Origin: Eledone cirrhosa
Taxonomy: Eukaryota
Direction of reading: 5' to 3'
Assembly: GCA_964016885.1 (NCBI GenBank)
Contig: OZ024740.1
Span: forward strand, 111,476,001-111,540,000
Length of the DNA stretch: 64,000 nucleotides
Positions 1-12,799 of this stretch are shown one piece after another. A model generated the notes under the pieces. The model was not told the DNA's origin. It ran no database searches and saw nothing but the letters and a program-made list of their open reading frames with translations. The first letter of the stretch is position 1. Each line of letters opens with the position of its first letter. The position numbers and the translations under genes are program-made.

Positions 1-436
1 CGTTTCGAAAATCCTTTAACATGAGTATCTATTATATCAAGCGAATGACAGGTCATTAGATTATGATGACGTTGATGAATAATCTATTTAAACAAAACAT
101 GAACAGTAAATTCTAATGCGGAAAGAGGGTGGTCGTTTGGTGTGCAAAGGTTCCCTCGTTACAGATGACTGATTTCTGTAGCACTTTATCTGCTCTCATT
201 ACTTGACAACTGACTGGCCGTCATGCGACGACGTTAACACAGCCTCATGTAGACAAAGATTCATCGCAACAATATCATTACAAAGTTTATAATTTTACTT
301 TACACGCTGACAGTGATAGAGTTCACTAAACAATGGTTAGGTACCATTGCTGAATAACTATTCGATATTCCGAGTTCAAATGACACCGAGGGTGGATCTA
401 TTTTCTTATCTTAGTTGATGACGAGATGATGTAGAT

Positions 437-767
437 CAGAGGTTCTCAAAGTGAGCGCTACCACCCACCGGGAGGAGTTGAGAAGGTCCAGGGGGCACTG
501 AGGTTTAAGGGGGGTTGTGGTGGAGGTAGAGACGATATAAAAGTATATTAAATATCAAATGATACCTTTTATATATATAGTAAAATAAAAAAATATTCAC
601 ACATAGTATATATTATATTATTTATTATGTATAAATTAACGATTTTATTCATTATATATTATTTACAATTTACATGTAGACAGGTCTCTCTGGAAATAGG
701 GTTGGGGTGCGGAGGATTTTACGTGGCCATGAGGGAGGCAGTGACCCTAAAAGTTTGAGAACCTCTG
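437..767. mobile_element. Non-autonomous hAT (Charlie-like) MITE
   Basis: Perfect 14-bp TIRs CAGAGGTTCTCAAA (437-450) / TTTGAGAACCTCTG (754-767), flanked by a perfect 8-bp TSD ATGTAGAT (429-436, 768-775); no ORF. Confidence 0.92.
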
Positions 768-1203
768 ATGTAGATGATAGGTGATTTCGTGTATTTGTTT
801 AAACAAATAGAAAATGTGTAACATATAAATTTAATTAACGTACTTACATTTAATAACACAAATAATTACATATTAAAATTGAATCCACGAAGTTGATAGA
901 CTGTAACAATAAGCTTGGGTTAGTTATAAATTATATGTTTGTGTGTATGTTGGGTGGGGGAGTAGTTGAACAGTTAGACGCAAGTTACACTGCGAGATTG
1001 TTTACTTTTAATTCTTTTTTTTGAAATGCCGAACGAGAGCGTTAGCTCGTAAGTAGCCCAATCACGTAATTCTATCTCGTGCGGGTTCATCCATTTAATG
1101 CGTCAAACTGCTAATGAAATTGCAAATGTTGTTAAGTAATTTTTATTTGGAATATAAACATTTATATTTTCTCAATTATTCACAAGGAAAACAAATGTAT
1201 GGG

Positions 1204-1520
1204 TTTCTAATCTAGACACAAGGCCAGCAGTTTAGGTTAGATTAAATCGAATCCAGTACTTGACTAATCATTTATTTTATCGACCTCGAAAGTTGACCTC
1301 AGTGGAATATAACGTATTATAACTGAATGCTACGAAGTATTTTGACTGAAACTCTAACAATTCTGCCAATCAACAAACCTAAGCAGAAACCAAAACAATG
1401 GTTTGTAATTTAGGCACAAGGCCAAGAATTTTGGGGGAGGGGAAAGTCGATTAAATTGACCTCAGTGCATTACTAGTACTTTACTTCATCGAAATAGTAA
1501 GGATGGAAGGCAAAGCTAAA
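1204..1520 (-). mobile_element. Two adjacent degenerate tRNA-derived SINE copies
   Basis: The motif ...cacaaggccagca...cagtacttgact...tttatcgac... occurs twice (~1204-1372, ~1400-1520) and matches the SINE family seen throughout the window. Confidence 0.75.
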
Positions 1521-1909
1521 CACGTCTTTGATAATAGGTTTGGTAAGTCAGTACTGAAAAGGCGCTAGTAACACACAATTGTATTGGTTTCATTTTAGCT
1601 CAAAGAGACTAAATGTATTTAAGGTCCTTGAGCATATATTTATTAAAACCGTATGGAGGCGCTATTGACTATCAATTCTTCTCGAAGTGAAAACATTTCT
1701 CTCTTATTATTATCTCCCTTATTGCTGTATAACAATCTGGGAGAAGAGTCATTGTATCAGACATTCTGTGTAAAAATTATTTTAAATAAGAGTGGATCTT
1801 TGGCACTGAAGTGTTTGTGAGTCACTGTCTGAGATTCTAGCAATGGCTTCCTTCCAGTGGGAATCAAAACCGACACACTGGTTTTAACACACTTTCCATG
1901 CACAAGATA

Positions 1910-2070
1910 CTCTAATTTAGACACAAGGCCAGCAATTTGGAAATATTAAATCGATTCCTGTACTTGATTGTTGCTTCATTTTATCGACTACAGAAGGATG
2001 AAAGGTGAAGTTGATTTTGAACCAGAGTGTAAAGAGCCGAAATATACATTGCTAATTTCTTTTACCGCCT
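1910..2070 (-). mobile_element. SINE copy, same family
   Basis: ctaatttagacacaaggccagcaatt...tttatcgac...ggatgaaagg...tttgaaccagag. Confidence 0.7.
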
Positions 2071-2782
2071 CCTCTACATCTTTATCAACATTATCATCAC
2101 TACCACCATCATCCTCATCATCAAAAAGAAGAAGGAGAAGATTCTCTCGAGTCTGCTTGAAGAAGACGAAGAAGAAGAAGGAGGAGGAGGAGGAGGAGGG
2201 ATTAATAATTCTTCTAATCCACCACCATGTGCACTAGTAATGTATGTGAAATCTAAAGGCTTACACAAAGAATAGATACCGGCTCACAATCTCAGCTCTG
2301 TAAGAATAAATGACTTGTTCTAAAATTGGAAAAAACTTCGGCATTTTCATATTTATTCCTTCTTGTTATTTTTATTCAGCTATTTATTTAGGCAAATTGA
2401 CATGGACAGTAAGAGAAAATCTCATGGAATAGGTCACGTCTCTCAACCAATGAACGCCATGCTTATATAATTGTATAACTGCCTCTGGGTCTTGACAAGG
2501 GAGAATATAACGTAATTGTGGCTTAATAGGTTCTTCTAGATTTTGGTGCCGTGCAAAACGAAGAAGATAAACAAAAACGCGTATAAGGAAGTGTACAAAA
2601 ATGCCGGTGGGGGGAGGGGGTTGTGGGCGGGCCATGAAATGAATAATAAGGAACTGCAGGGGCGAGGGGCGGGCAACAACAACAAATACAATAACAACAG
2701 CCATAACAATAATAATAACGATTTCATTTATCGTTCGAATTTTAGAATATGTATTGCCAATGATATAATGATAATAATAATG

Positions 2783-3010
2783 ATTTCTAACCTAGGTACA
2801 AGGCAGGTGCATTGTGAGGCGGAAACCCTGATTATATCTTGCCCAGTAGTTTACTGGTAGGCAGCGAATTGGTAGAGTTGGTAGAACGTTGAATAGAATG
2901 CTTTGCGGTATGTGTTTCTGCTCTCTGAGTTCAAATCCCGCCGAGGTCAACTTTCCCTTTCGTCCTTTCAAAGTCGATAAAAAGTACCAGTCAAGTACAG
3001 GGGTCGATTC
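2783..3010. mobile_element. SINE 3' fragment (-) abutting a SINE 5' half (+)
   Basis: The plus part has a B-box-like GAGTTCAAATCCC followed by gccgaggtcaacttt...gtcgataa...gtaccagt. Confidence 0.7.
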
Positions 3011-3544
3011 TTCCTCTATATATTTTTCTCATCTTCATTCTCTCTATCGTTCTCTGAAAGAAATCTGCTGTATTCAGATTTGGAGAGAAGATGGGCTTCG
3101 CCAGGTTAAAGAAAATACACTAGAAACGCTGTATGTCAATACGGTACCCCTACGACTCCCTTAGGCGTTACGGGAAAACAATAAAAAGTAGTTTACATCG
3201 CCATTATGCTCACTACTGCCGTCATTATCCGATGACGAAGAAGTAGTATCAAAGAAAATACAGAGACGATAAGAACATGGGAATGAATGGATACATTTGG
3301 TAAAAATAGGAAAAAAAGAATAAAATAAAATAAAACAACGAGAAAGTAGCATAGATTGTAAAGTAAGAAGAAAAATGTGTAAACAAAAAGCAAGAAGGGG
3401 AGTGAGAGTGGGGAGGATAGTTGTACTGGTGATGGAGATATAGGAAGAATTTATTATTTTAAATATTTGAAATCAAACAACAAAAGGCTGCAATAAAGGT
3501 GAGAAAGGGATAGAAGTAGCAGGAAAATGGCAGAGAAAAATAAT

Positions 3545-3658
3545 TGTTTCTACTTTTGGCACAAGGCCAGCAATTACCCAGTGTATTACTGGTACTTTAT
3601 TTTATCGACCCCGTAAGGATGAAAGGCAAAGTTAACCTCGGCAGGATTTGAACTCAGA
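3545..3658 (-). mobile_element. SINE, young deletion subfamily
   Basis: Near-identical to 23024-23139 and to the reverse complements of 35895-36012 and 51272-51390. Confidence 0.85.
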
Positions 3659-3759
3659 AAATGGCAGAGAAAAATAATGACAGTCTGAATGAACAACATT
3701 GTAAACTTCAGAGTAACAAGACTCATCTTCGTCATTTAGCCTTAATAAATAATACAATA

Positions 3760-4850
3760 TATACTGTTGTGAAAAGTTGAACCCATCCTAAAAGTTTAAA
3801 CAAAACTGAAAATAGATATTAATACACACTTTAAATCATCAATTGTATGAAGACATCGATTTCATTAAAATCTAATATTGTGAATATTTAACTGTTGCTT
3901 TGATGACCGCTTGCATAGGATGGGACATGCTGGATATGAGAACCTGATCATATTCCAGTGTCCGTTCTTTAATCCATAAGAGCTTAAGAGCCACCACCAA
4001 GGATTTAGTCGTTTGTCTGCAATCTTATCATGTATTCTTAGAAAGTTTCAATTAGATGGAAATCAGGGCTATTTCCTGGCCATTCTAATAGTGTTACCAT
4101 GACATTTTAAATATATTTTTACATAAAATGTGTCATGTGGTTTGAAGCAGCATCCTGCATATGTTGCATCCATGTATATGCATTGATATTTCCAGTTTGT
4201 CTTTCAACAGTTTCAGGCATTTGGGGCTATTCATAGTTGTCCTAGTGACAGATGTAAAGAAACTGGACTTTCCAGACTCAGAAATGTTGGTTGATTATAT
4301 CTTTTTATTTATTTTCACGATGTCTCATGACATCGTGCTAACGTACGACAAACTGCTGCATTGTTGATTCGTCGGAAAACAGTGCTTGGTCCTATTGTTC
4401 TCCAGTCCAATAACCATGTTGTTGATTTTTTGCGAATATCAGGCGCTTCTTTTTCATAACCAATGCCAATCCTGGCTTTCGGGCAAATTTGCAATATTTT
4501 AGCCAAATCTCATGAAACAGTCGCCGTGTTACAACACCAGCGTCTCAAATCTGTACCCCTTAGAAGCAACGCAGCTCTAATTCTTTACCATTAACATGTA
4601 TGAGACCGCGAGGCAAAGTTTTTGATAATAAACATTTATATTGGTAGCGTTTACCTAATGCGACCACTTCATATGGGTTATAAATTTGGTATTTACGAAG
4701 AGCAATATGGATTGATCTCTCGCCATATTTTGTCAGACATCCCAGACTCTGGGTAACCTGTATTTCGAACGTAATGATTTCTTGCCCACTTTTAATGTAT
4801 ACGTACTTCAAAAAATCAATCCTTCACGGCAAATGTTCAATAAAAAAAAA
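3760..4850 (-). mobile_element. Decayed Tc1/mariner transposase remnant
   Basis: Minus-strand frames give LFSDEST (~4365-4385), WPGNSPDFHLIET (~4045-4083; cf. the Tc1 WPxxSPDLNPIE motif) and QAVIKA (~3895-3915); many stops and frameshifts. Confidence 0.75.
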
Positions 4851-4871
4851 ATTCAACAGACATTTATATAA

Positions 4872-5105
4872 TGGTTTCTTATATAGGCACAAGCCCAGCA
4901 ATTTTATGGGAGGGGAGAGTCGTTTAAATCAACCCCAGTGCGTGACTGGTACTTTATTTTATCGATCCCGTAAGGATGAAAGGCAAAGTTAACTCACGCG
5001 GGATTAATTTAATGGTATTTAATTGGTCGCTTCACATAAAGGGTCGTAACTCTATGCTGCAAAGCATGTTGACTGACACTCTACCGACACTGCCAATCGA
5101 CCGCC
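4872..5105 (-). mobile_element. SINE copy, longer form
   Basis: ggcacaagcccagcaatttt...ccccagtgcgtgactggtactttattttatcgatcccgtaaggatgaaaggcaaagttaac. Confidence 0.8.
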
Positions 5106-6579
5106 CTAGACATTTAAATAATAAAAAGGAAGCAATAGACTTAAGGTTGTTTTGGTTTTTTGCAAAGAACAAAGTCTGTGTGTAGGGGGGGGGGGGGTAA
5201 TGCTTTGCAATAATTGAGAAATTTTAAAATATTGCTAGGTGGTCTTAAACTTTTGGCCATGCCTTTTATGAAACATAAAAAAAAGAAAGATTATATAAAA
5301 GATGAAAAAACATGAAATAAAGAAAAAAGAAAGAAATGAAGAAAGACAGTCGAGAGATAGAAGCAGAAGAAAATATGAATGAATCAACTACAAGTGAAAA
5401 AAAACAACAAAAAGAAAAATTAATGGGTGGAGAAAAAGCAAAGCAGCAAAATGGGCGCTTTGCATAAATGGCACAATTAACTGTGAAATTAGATTCATTT
5501 GGACGCCATGTTGAACGGTTAATATCATTAAATGCCCTATCTGCTTTCTTAATAACGTCAAACTGTCCAACTGGCCCCAGTCGTAATGTTAGTCACAGTT
5601 TGGTGACGAATAAATTCAGCCGCACTCTCTCTCTCTCTCTCTTTCTCTTTATCTCTACACTAAAGACAAAAAGAAAAAAGAAACAAAATAAACACCCGAG
5701 AGCTCTGCTCACCGTTCCACCCATCGTGCCACCACTGGCATCTGTATATTGCACTGCTATTACTACTACTATTACTACTTAACTGGCGCGTGCATTATTT
5801 AATCATTTTAACGACTTCGGAACAATGAAATTCAAAGATGGTATCGGCAAGACTTGAATCTAGTATTTAAAGGGACACAATTTTTTTATGTCAAAGTAAT
5901 AAATCGGAAGTTCTATTGATTTTTCCAACTGATATCTAAGGATGGCTCCAAAATATTGAACGGTGAATGTTAACGGCGCAATATGCGACCCCTTCGCGGC
6001 CTATGTTCGCTCCACAACGTGTCTTCCCCCCATTTCTCAGATATGCACTTCATTCTTACAAATAAAATAAATTCAACTCACAATTTGACAATCTGACAAA
6101 CCTAGTTTTTCTCTGACTGCACTAAAAAGAGTACAAAGATTGAATTTTCCTACTAAACTGTCAACACTCACCCATGCAAATTCATATTAGATGTCATAAC
6201 ACCATACGTTCTTCCCCACATCTTTGTATATTACCATAACAGAGCTACGAGGCAAAGGTGCTTAGGAATTTATTTAATTAATTACACAAATTTGTATAAA
6301 CTGTGATCTTTCAAGGATCAGTTAATACTTCTTTCTGAGGTCTTCGCCCTAGGCGGCTGCCTAGTTGGCCTAATCGTAGCGCCGGCTCTGCCAATTCACT
6401 TATAAGGACAATGACGTTTCAAAACATAATGGCATTAAAAAATAGAGGATGGTGTAAAAGAACTGTGACAATCTATTTTATTACATTTAACTGAACTGGA
6501 ATTCCCTGCAGAAGCTCCATGTGTTTATTTTTGCCCAAATATTTGTTACCACTTCTGAATAACGCAGCGGCGTGAGTAA

Positions 6580-6902
6580 ACGCACGCACACACACACACA
6601 CACATACATACGCACACACACAAACACAGAGACACAGAGACACAGACACATAGACACACACACATACACACAGACACACACAAACACAGAGACACACAGA
6701 CACATAGACACACACACACACGCGCACACATACACAGAGACACACACATATACACACAGATACACAGACACATAAACACACACACACACACGCACACATA
6801 CACAGAGACACACACATATACACACAGACACAGACAGACACACACACACACATGTATACACACAGACACACAGATACACCGACCCACACACATACACACA
6901 CA
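6580..6902. repeat. (CA)n/(CAGA)n compound microsatellite
   Basis: Directly visible. Confidence 0.95.
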
Positions 6903-7499
6903 AAAAAAATCAGCATTATCATTCTCAACCTTTTTGATTATCCACCATCACCATTATCACCACCGCCAATTATCACCATCGTCCTTTTCATCATTACTAC
7001 CACCATCATGATCATCATAATCATTACCACCACCACCAGTACCATCATCATCATTATCATTATCATTTCCATTAATGTCGTCATTATAATTATCATCACC
7101 ATCACTATCATGTCCCTTCACCTCACTAACTCATTGCTGCAGTTATAGAATTGATTTCGGAAAGTTTAGCAATTATCTAGATCAATAATCATTCCTTACA
7201 GTCCATCCAGCAATTCCATCTCTCCTCCCTTCTCTCCCTCTCTGCTTCCCTGTCTGTCTGTCCCTCTGTTTCTCTCTCACTCCCTCTCATGCTAATTCTT
7301 CGCACCATCGAAAGAACTCGGCTGTCACCGAACCATTATTAATTTGTTACAGTTATTCTTATAAAAATATAAATATTAGATAGCGTTTAAATGATATGAA
7401 TAGAAAAAAATAATGAATAATAATCATAAATATGAAGATAAACACTCACACATACATGCATGCAGATAAACACACTCACACACACACACACCACACGCA

Positions 7500-7639
<140 letters not shown>

Positions 7640-7955
7640 TATAAATCAAGAACCCTAAATGAAGGATAACGCCAACAAGTACACGAACAGCAACAACAAC
7701 AGCAACTAAGTCAACAAGGAACATATCACCGCACAGATGACACTACTTTCCCGCCCCACTGAAATATATGGGCTTTCATTAATATTCATTTATGGAGAAG
7801 GGGCTCAATCTATGAAGTTATTCGTAAAATGGAAGTTAGTTTGTCGTCATCATTATTTATTAAGGGATCACATTTCCTGATCAGTTCTTCATATATATAT
7901 ATATATAAATGTATATAAATGTATGTGTGTATGTGTTTGTATTTATGGGCAAAAG

Positions 7956-8046
<91 letters not shown>

Positions 8047-8136
8047 ATACTTGGGCAGGGTCATATTTGTGTAATATTGCCAGAATTAATAACAGAACAC
8101 ACTCACTGTTTGGCTGGTTTTCGCTTCTCGCTAAAA

Positions 8137-8188
<52 letters not shown>

Positions 8189-8223
8189 TTTTGCCCAGAA
8201 ATACAAACACATACATACATATG

Positions 8224-8255
<32 letters not shown>

Positions 8256-8556
8256 TGGGGGGGGGGGTATAATAGCGAAGGTTTGAGCGAGGGAGAAAGA
8301 GGGGGTGTGAAAAAGACGCCGCTAGAAAAAAACCTGACAAGAGATAAAAGGAAAGAAGCTAATAAATAAATAAATAATTAAATAAATATAGAGAGAATGA
8401 TAGAAATAAAGTTATAAAACATAATGGAGCGTATATTGCTATTTCGAGTAATTCTAGGATTGTGAAGACGTGTCTTGAATATATTTTACAGAAAAATGCA
8501 TCTGTATTCAGCCAGTGCAGAACACAAGTTAGCGCAAGTTAAAAAAAGACGTGTAG

Positions 8557-8597
<41 letters not shown>

Positions 8598-8602
<5 letters not shown>

Positions 8603-8691
8603 CCCCGACGGCAGAGCTCAAGCCGTTTCGACGGCTATTTCTGGACTGAAATAGCCGTCGAAACGGCCTGAGCTCTGCCGTCGGGGTCATA
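8598..8691. repeat. Near-perfect ~44-bp-stem hairpin of a (TA)n-anchored interspersed element (related copies at 9152-9258 and 61137-61225)
   Basis: tatgaccccgacggcagagctcaagccgtttcgacggctatttc-tggact-gaaatagccgtcgaaacggcctgagctctgccgtcggggtcata. Confidence 0.9.
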
Positions 8692-8778
8692 CTTTTTCCT
8701 ATTTCCCACTCTACTACCCTAAGTATTGAGTACTCTGGTGAGTTATGGTCCATCTGGTTCCTCACCACAATTCCTTTG

Positions 8779-8875
<97 letters not shown>

Positions 8876-9109
8876 GAGAGAGAGAGAGATAAATAGATAG
8901 GTATACATATATACATATCATCTTCATTATCATCTTTTAACGTCCATCTTCCACGCCCCCCCCCCCACACACACACATATATATATATGTATATATATAT
9001 ATATCTATTCCCACATCTTACGTTAATTATTTTTCCATTTTGACGTTATAGTCACTTATATATTATGAAATACTGTTGGCTTCAAGCTCACAATAATTTC
9101 TATACTTTC

Positions 9110-9156
<47 letters not shown>

Positions 9157-9281
9157 AAAAGTCAAACATTCTCCTATTACCCACTCTACTACCTTAAATA
9201 TTGAGTACTCTGGTGCGTTATGGTCCATCTTGTTCCCTACCAGACTTCTTTTGTTATATATATATATGTGTGTGTGTGTGT

Positions 9282-12200
9282 ATACAAATAGTGAAAAGGA
9301 AAAAAATAAAGTAGAAAATGCTGGAGGGATTCAGTATAATATCAAAACATTTATTTGTAAAGTAGTGATTTCCACATTTATTCGTGTACCGGTTTCAGCT
9401 TTATATACTTTTTCAACGACGGAAGCGTCTAGTGCAGTTAAATTGCATATTTATACGAATAATAATAAAATGGAGGAAAACAATTTTAATTTTTACATCC
9501 ATATTTAGAGAGAAATGTTCATATTTTTGTTCTAAGTTTTCTTTCGTTCTCTGTTAGTGTTGACCAACAGAGGTGGTAGCAGTTTAAATTGTTGGCTTCA
9601 ACTGTTTTCCGTTGACTAGTAGTAGTGGGGGAAGAAGGGGAAGGAGGTGAAGAAGGAGAAGAAGGAGAGGATGTGGGGGAGAAGAAGAAAAAGATGAAGG
9701 AAAGGGTGGTGACGAAGAAGGAGGAGATGGAGGAACAGGGGATAGGTGTGGTAGTAATACCAGGGCTATGGTAAGGAAGGGGAAGACGGAGAAGGGGTAG
9801 GTAGAGTAGAATAAGACGGCAAGCAACTGTGTTGGTGATAGTCATTGTTTATAATGGTAACACCAAGCTGTACGTGGGATTGGTTTGAATGATTGAATGA
9901 TCTTAGATTTGACTGAGGAAGTAATTGTTTCTAAAAATATCTATCTTGGTATTCCTGTCTAAAATGCTGGTATTCTTAAATTGACCTGCAGTCTGGGTGT
10001 TTCTAAGAGATCTTCCTGAAATGTTGCCAGTCTGAACTGAAAGAGGCGAGAGAACTCCTGCTGGACACGGTCGGTTCAAATGCCAAAGGCTTAATTTGTC
10101 CAGGTGCTAATTTTAAAGTGTGCCAGCTGTAGTTTCGTCCAAACTGGATGCATTTAGAAGGGTTTCGTATTTGGCGATAAAGTGTGATTCATTGCTAATG
10201 CGCTGGATGTAGGAAGCGTTGTCTTTAAATTTGTAGAGGGGAAAAATTCTGAAATTGGGTTGTTCATTGGAGGCGCAGGTAGCAATATGTTCACTCAGTG
10301 CTACTTTTCTGTATTCCCGTATTCTAATTTGGGATCTATGAACGGTCATACACTGACGAAGACTGTTGTTAGTCTGTCCTATAATGCTCTCGACAACCTG
10401 AGCAACTCAACAGATAAATTAGGTTTTCTATGCGCATGTGAATTTGTATTCAACTGTAAAGCGTTGCCCTTGTTTGAAGTGTGTGTGGAGATGTATGGTA
10501 GAGTTTTCAGTCTCGATTCATTTTTAGTTTGGGCTATCTAAGTTCCTGAATGTTGAATTTTAGGGCACGTTGGAATAAATTGTTAATTAGGGATGATGGG
10601 TAATTCCTGCTAATGATTGTGTCCTTTAATCCGTATAGTCGTATGTAGCAGGTGTTTCTATCAGATACTATTGTGCAGATCCTTTTGGCTAGGTTGTAAG
10701 GGATGTTCATTTTGGTGTGTCATGGGTGGCATGAGTTGAATGGAAGATACTGTTTGGAGTCTGTAGGCTTATAGTATATGTCTGTTTCTATGTTGTTGTT
10801 AGTTTTCTTGTTAAGGATGTCGAGGAAAGGAAGTTGCCCACGGCTGTATTCTATTGTAAATTGAATGTTTGTGTTGAATCCATTTAGAAATATTTTAAAT
10901 TCAATAAGTCTTTCCATACAATCATCCAGATATCTCTTCCAGTTTTTTCTATGTGGGGGTAGAAGGAGTTTCCATATTTATCTAGTACTTTTCGGTAGAG
11001 GGTGATTTCCAAATATCTCATAACAAGGTTGGCGTAAGAGGGGGCCGTTTTCGTGCCCATAGCTGACCTGGATTTCTGTCTGTAGAATTTGGCATCAAAT
11101 TCGAAGTAATTATTCTCCACCATAAATTTGAGCCCTTCTATTACGAATTCTTTTATGATGCGTTGTGGGAGTTCATTGGGTGTAATTTTCTAACCAGAAT
11201 TGGATTGCCTCTATTCCTAGGTTGTGTGGGATATTGGAATATTGGGGGTGGTAGTGTAAGAATGGAAGTTTCTTTGGTATCTCCTTGTGGAAGAGAAGTT
11301 GTAATGTCCATCCTGGAGGTGATGTTTACTTATTTCTTTGTAAATTGCAAGGGTATCCGCGTAGTTGCTGCGCGGTTGGGTTAAGAGGTAAGGGTTAGGT
11401 GTTGCATTCTGATTTTGGTAGTGGAGGAGGTTATGTTTTTTTGTTGGTTGTTGAACAGTGTCTGAGTGGTGTTTAAGTTTTCTTGTTTTTATGAATGAGT
11501 TATTGGAAGATTGTTCCATAGTTTAAAAACCAAATTTCGCTTTTTTTCCCAGCGTTGAAGGGATTTAAGTTCCTTCTTGTTACAACCCTCTATCCATAGT
11601 TTTGAGATCTCCTCTAGGTTGGAGCCTTGAGTCTTTTTGTTAATTTCTTCGTTGATCTCTTCATCGATGAATTTTATTTATCCTCATTTTTCTGAGCTCT
11701 CAATTTTAGAAGTTCAATATCCGTCTTCATTTGTTCCGGTGCCATTCTTTCCCTAAGTCGTCTTTGTCTCGGGTTCATCTGGAATGGGTTTAATCTGTAG
11801 TTTGCGGGGAAGAGTTAATGGGGATGAATTGAGCCCTTTTTCATAAATCTCCACCTTGTGGTTGTTTTGGATCATCTTCCAAAAGGAGAATTTTCTGTCT
11901 CTGAGTGATGTGTTCCATTATGGCATTATTTGGTTTTTCATTTTGTATGTTGTTAGTGTATCAGTGCCACATGGTCCTTCGTTTGTTTCTCTTAGGTTGT
12001 GTTATTTGTAAAGTATGTTTTGATCGTTTCACATAGGCTTTGAAGTTTTTCACCGATTTCGGAGGATTTATATTTGAGATCGGTTTCCCCATTTGTCGAA
12101 TTGAGTTTGTTTATTTTCTGCAGTTCCTTGAGTATCTCTTCATTTATGTTAATGATCGTTGTGTCTGTTTTTGTCGGCATTTTCTGTATCTCGTGTGGGG

Positions 12201-12730
12201 GTATGATATATGGAACGTAGAAAAGTGACACACGAGTTGATATATATGAACAAATAGTTAAAAGGAAAAAAATACAGTAGAAAATGCTGGAGGGATTTTT
12301 TCAGCTCAGGCTGGCAGTGGCCCGCTACTCATACTGATGTTGGGGTGGTGTTCTCGGGGTGAAGAATATAAGGGCCTCATGGACTCAATATTGTGTGAGA
12401 TAACTATGTAGGATAGAACCTTTACTGTGAAAATATGGTGATATATGTGGAGTGGTGTAAATGCATGAAGGTTAAGGAAGACCTCTTAGAAACACCAACA
12501 CTGCAGGTCAATTTAAAAATGCCAGCATTTCAGGAAGATCTCTTAGAAACACCCACACTGGAGGTCAATTTAAGAATGGCAGCATTTCAGACAAAATACC
12601 AGGATAGATATTTTTAGAAACAATTAATTCCTCAGTCAACTCTAAGGTCATTAAATCATTCAAGCCAATCCCAGGTACAGCTTGCCCTTACCATCATTAA
12701 CAATCACTCTATCACCACCACAGTTGGAGG
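9282..12730 (-). mobile_element. Penelope-like element (RT + C-terminal GIY-YIG), decayed, with direct and inverted pLTR segments
   Basis: RT fragments NNYFEFDAKFYRQKSRSAMGTKTAPSYANLVM and FTIEYSRGQLPFLDI...TDIYYKPTDSKQYLPFNSCHP; EN tail ALSEHIATC...FRIFPLYKF. Direct repeat 9285-9330 ~ 12250-12297; inverted repeat 9825-10025 ~ 12525-12725. Confidence 0.9.
9383..9421 (-). ncRNA. Minimal type I hammerhead motif (U3-A8 variant) in the PLE 3' region
   Basis: Minus strand: cgtcg TTGAAAA ag-tatataaag-ct GAAA ccgg TA cacg; stems I and II are weak. Confidence 0.55.
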
Positions 12731-12799
12731 TAAATTGAACAGAACCTCGTGAATATTTCATAGCTTATTATGTTCTTCACTAATGTTTTGATGGCAATA

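Noticed and set aside
6340-6390. GC-rich TIR-like end (cctaggcggctgcctag...gcgccggctctg)
   Set aside because: No matching partner TIR or TSD found.
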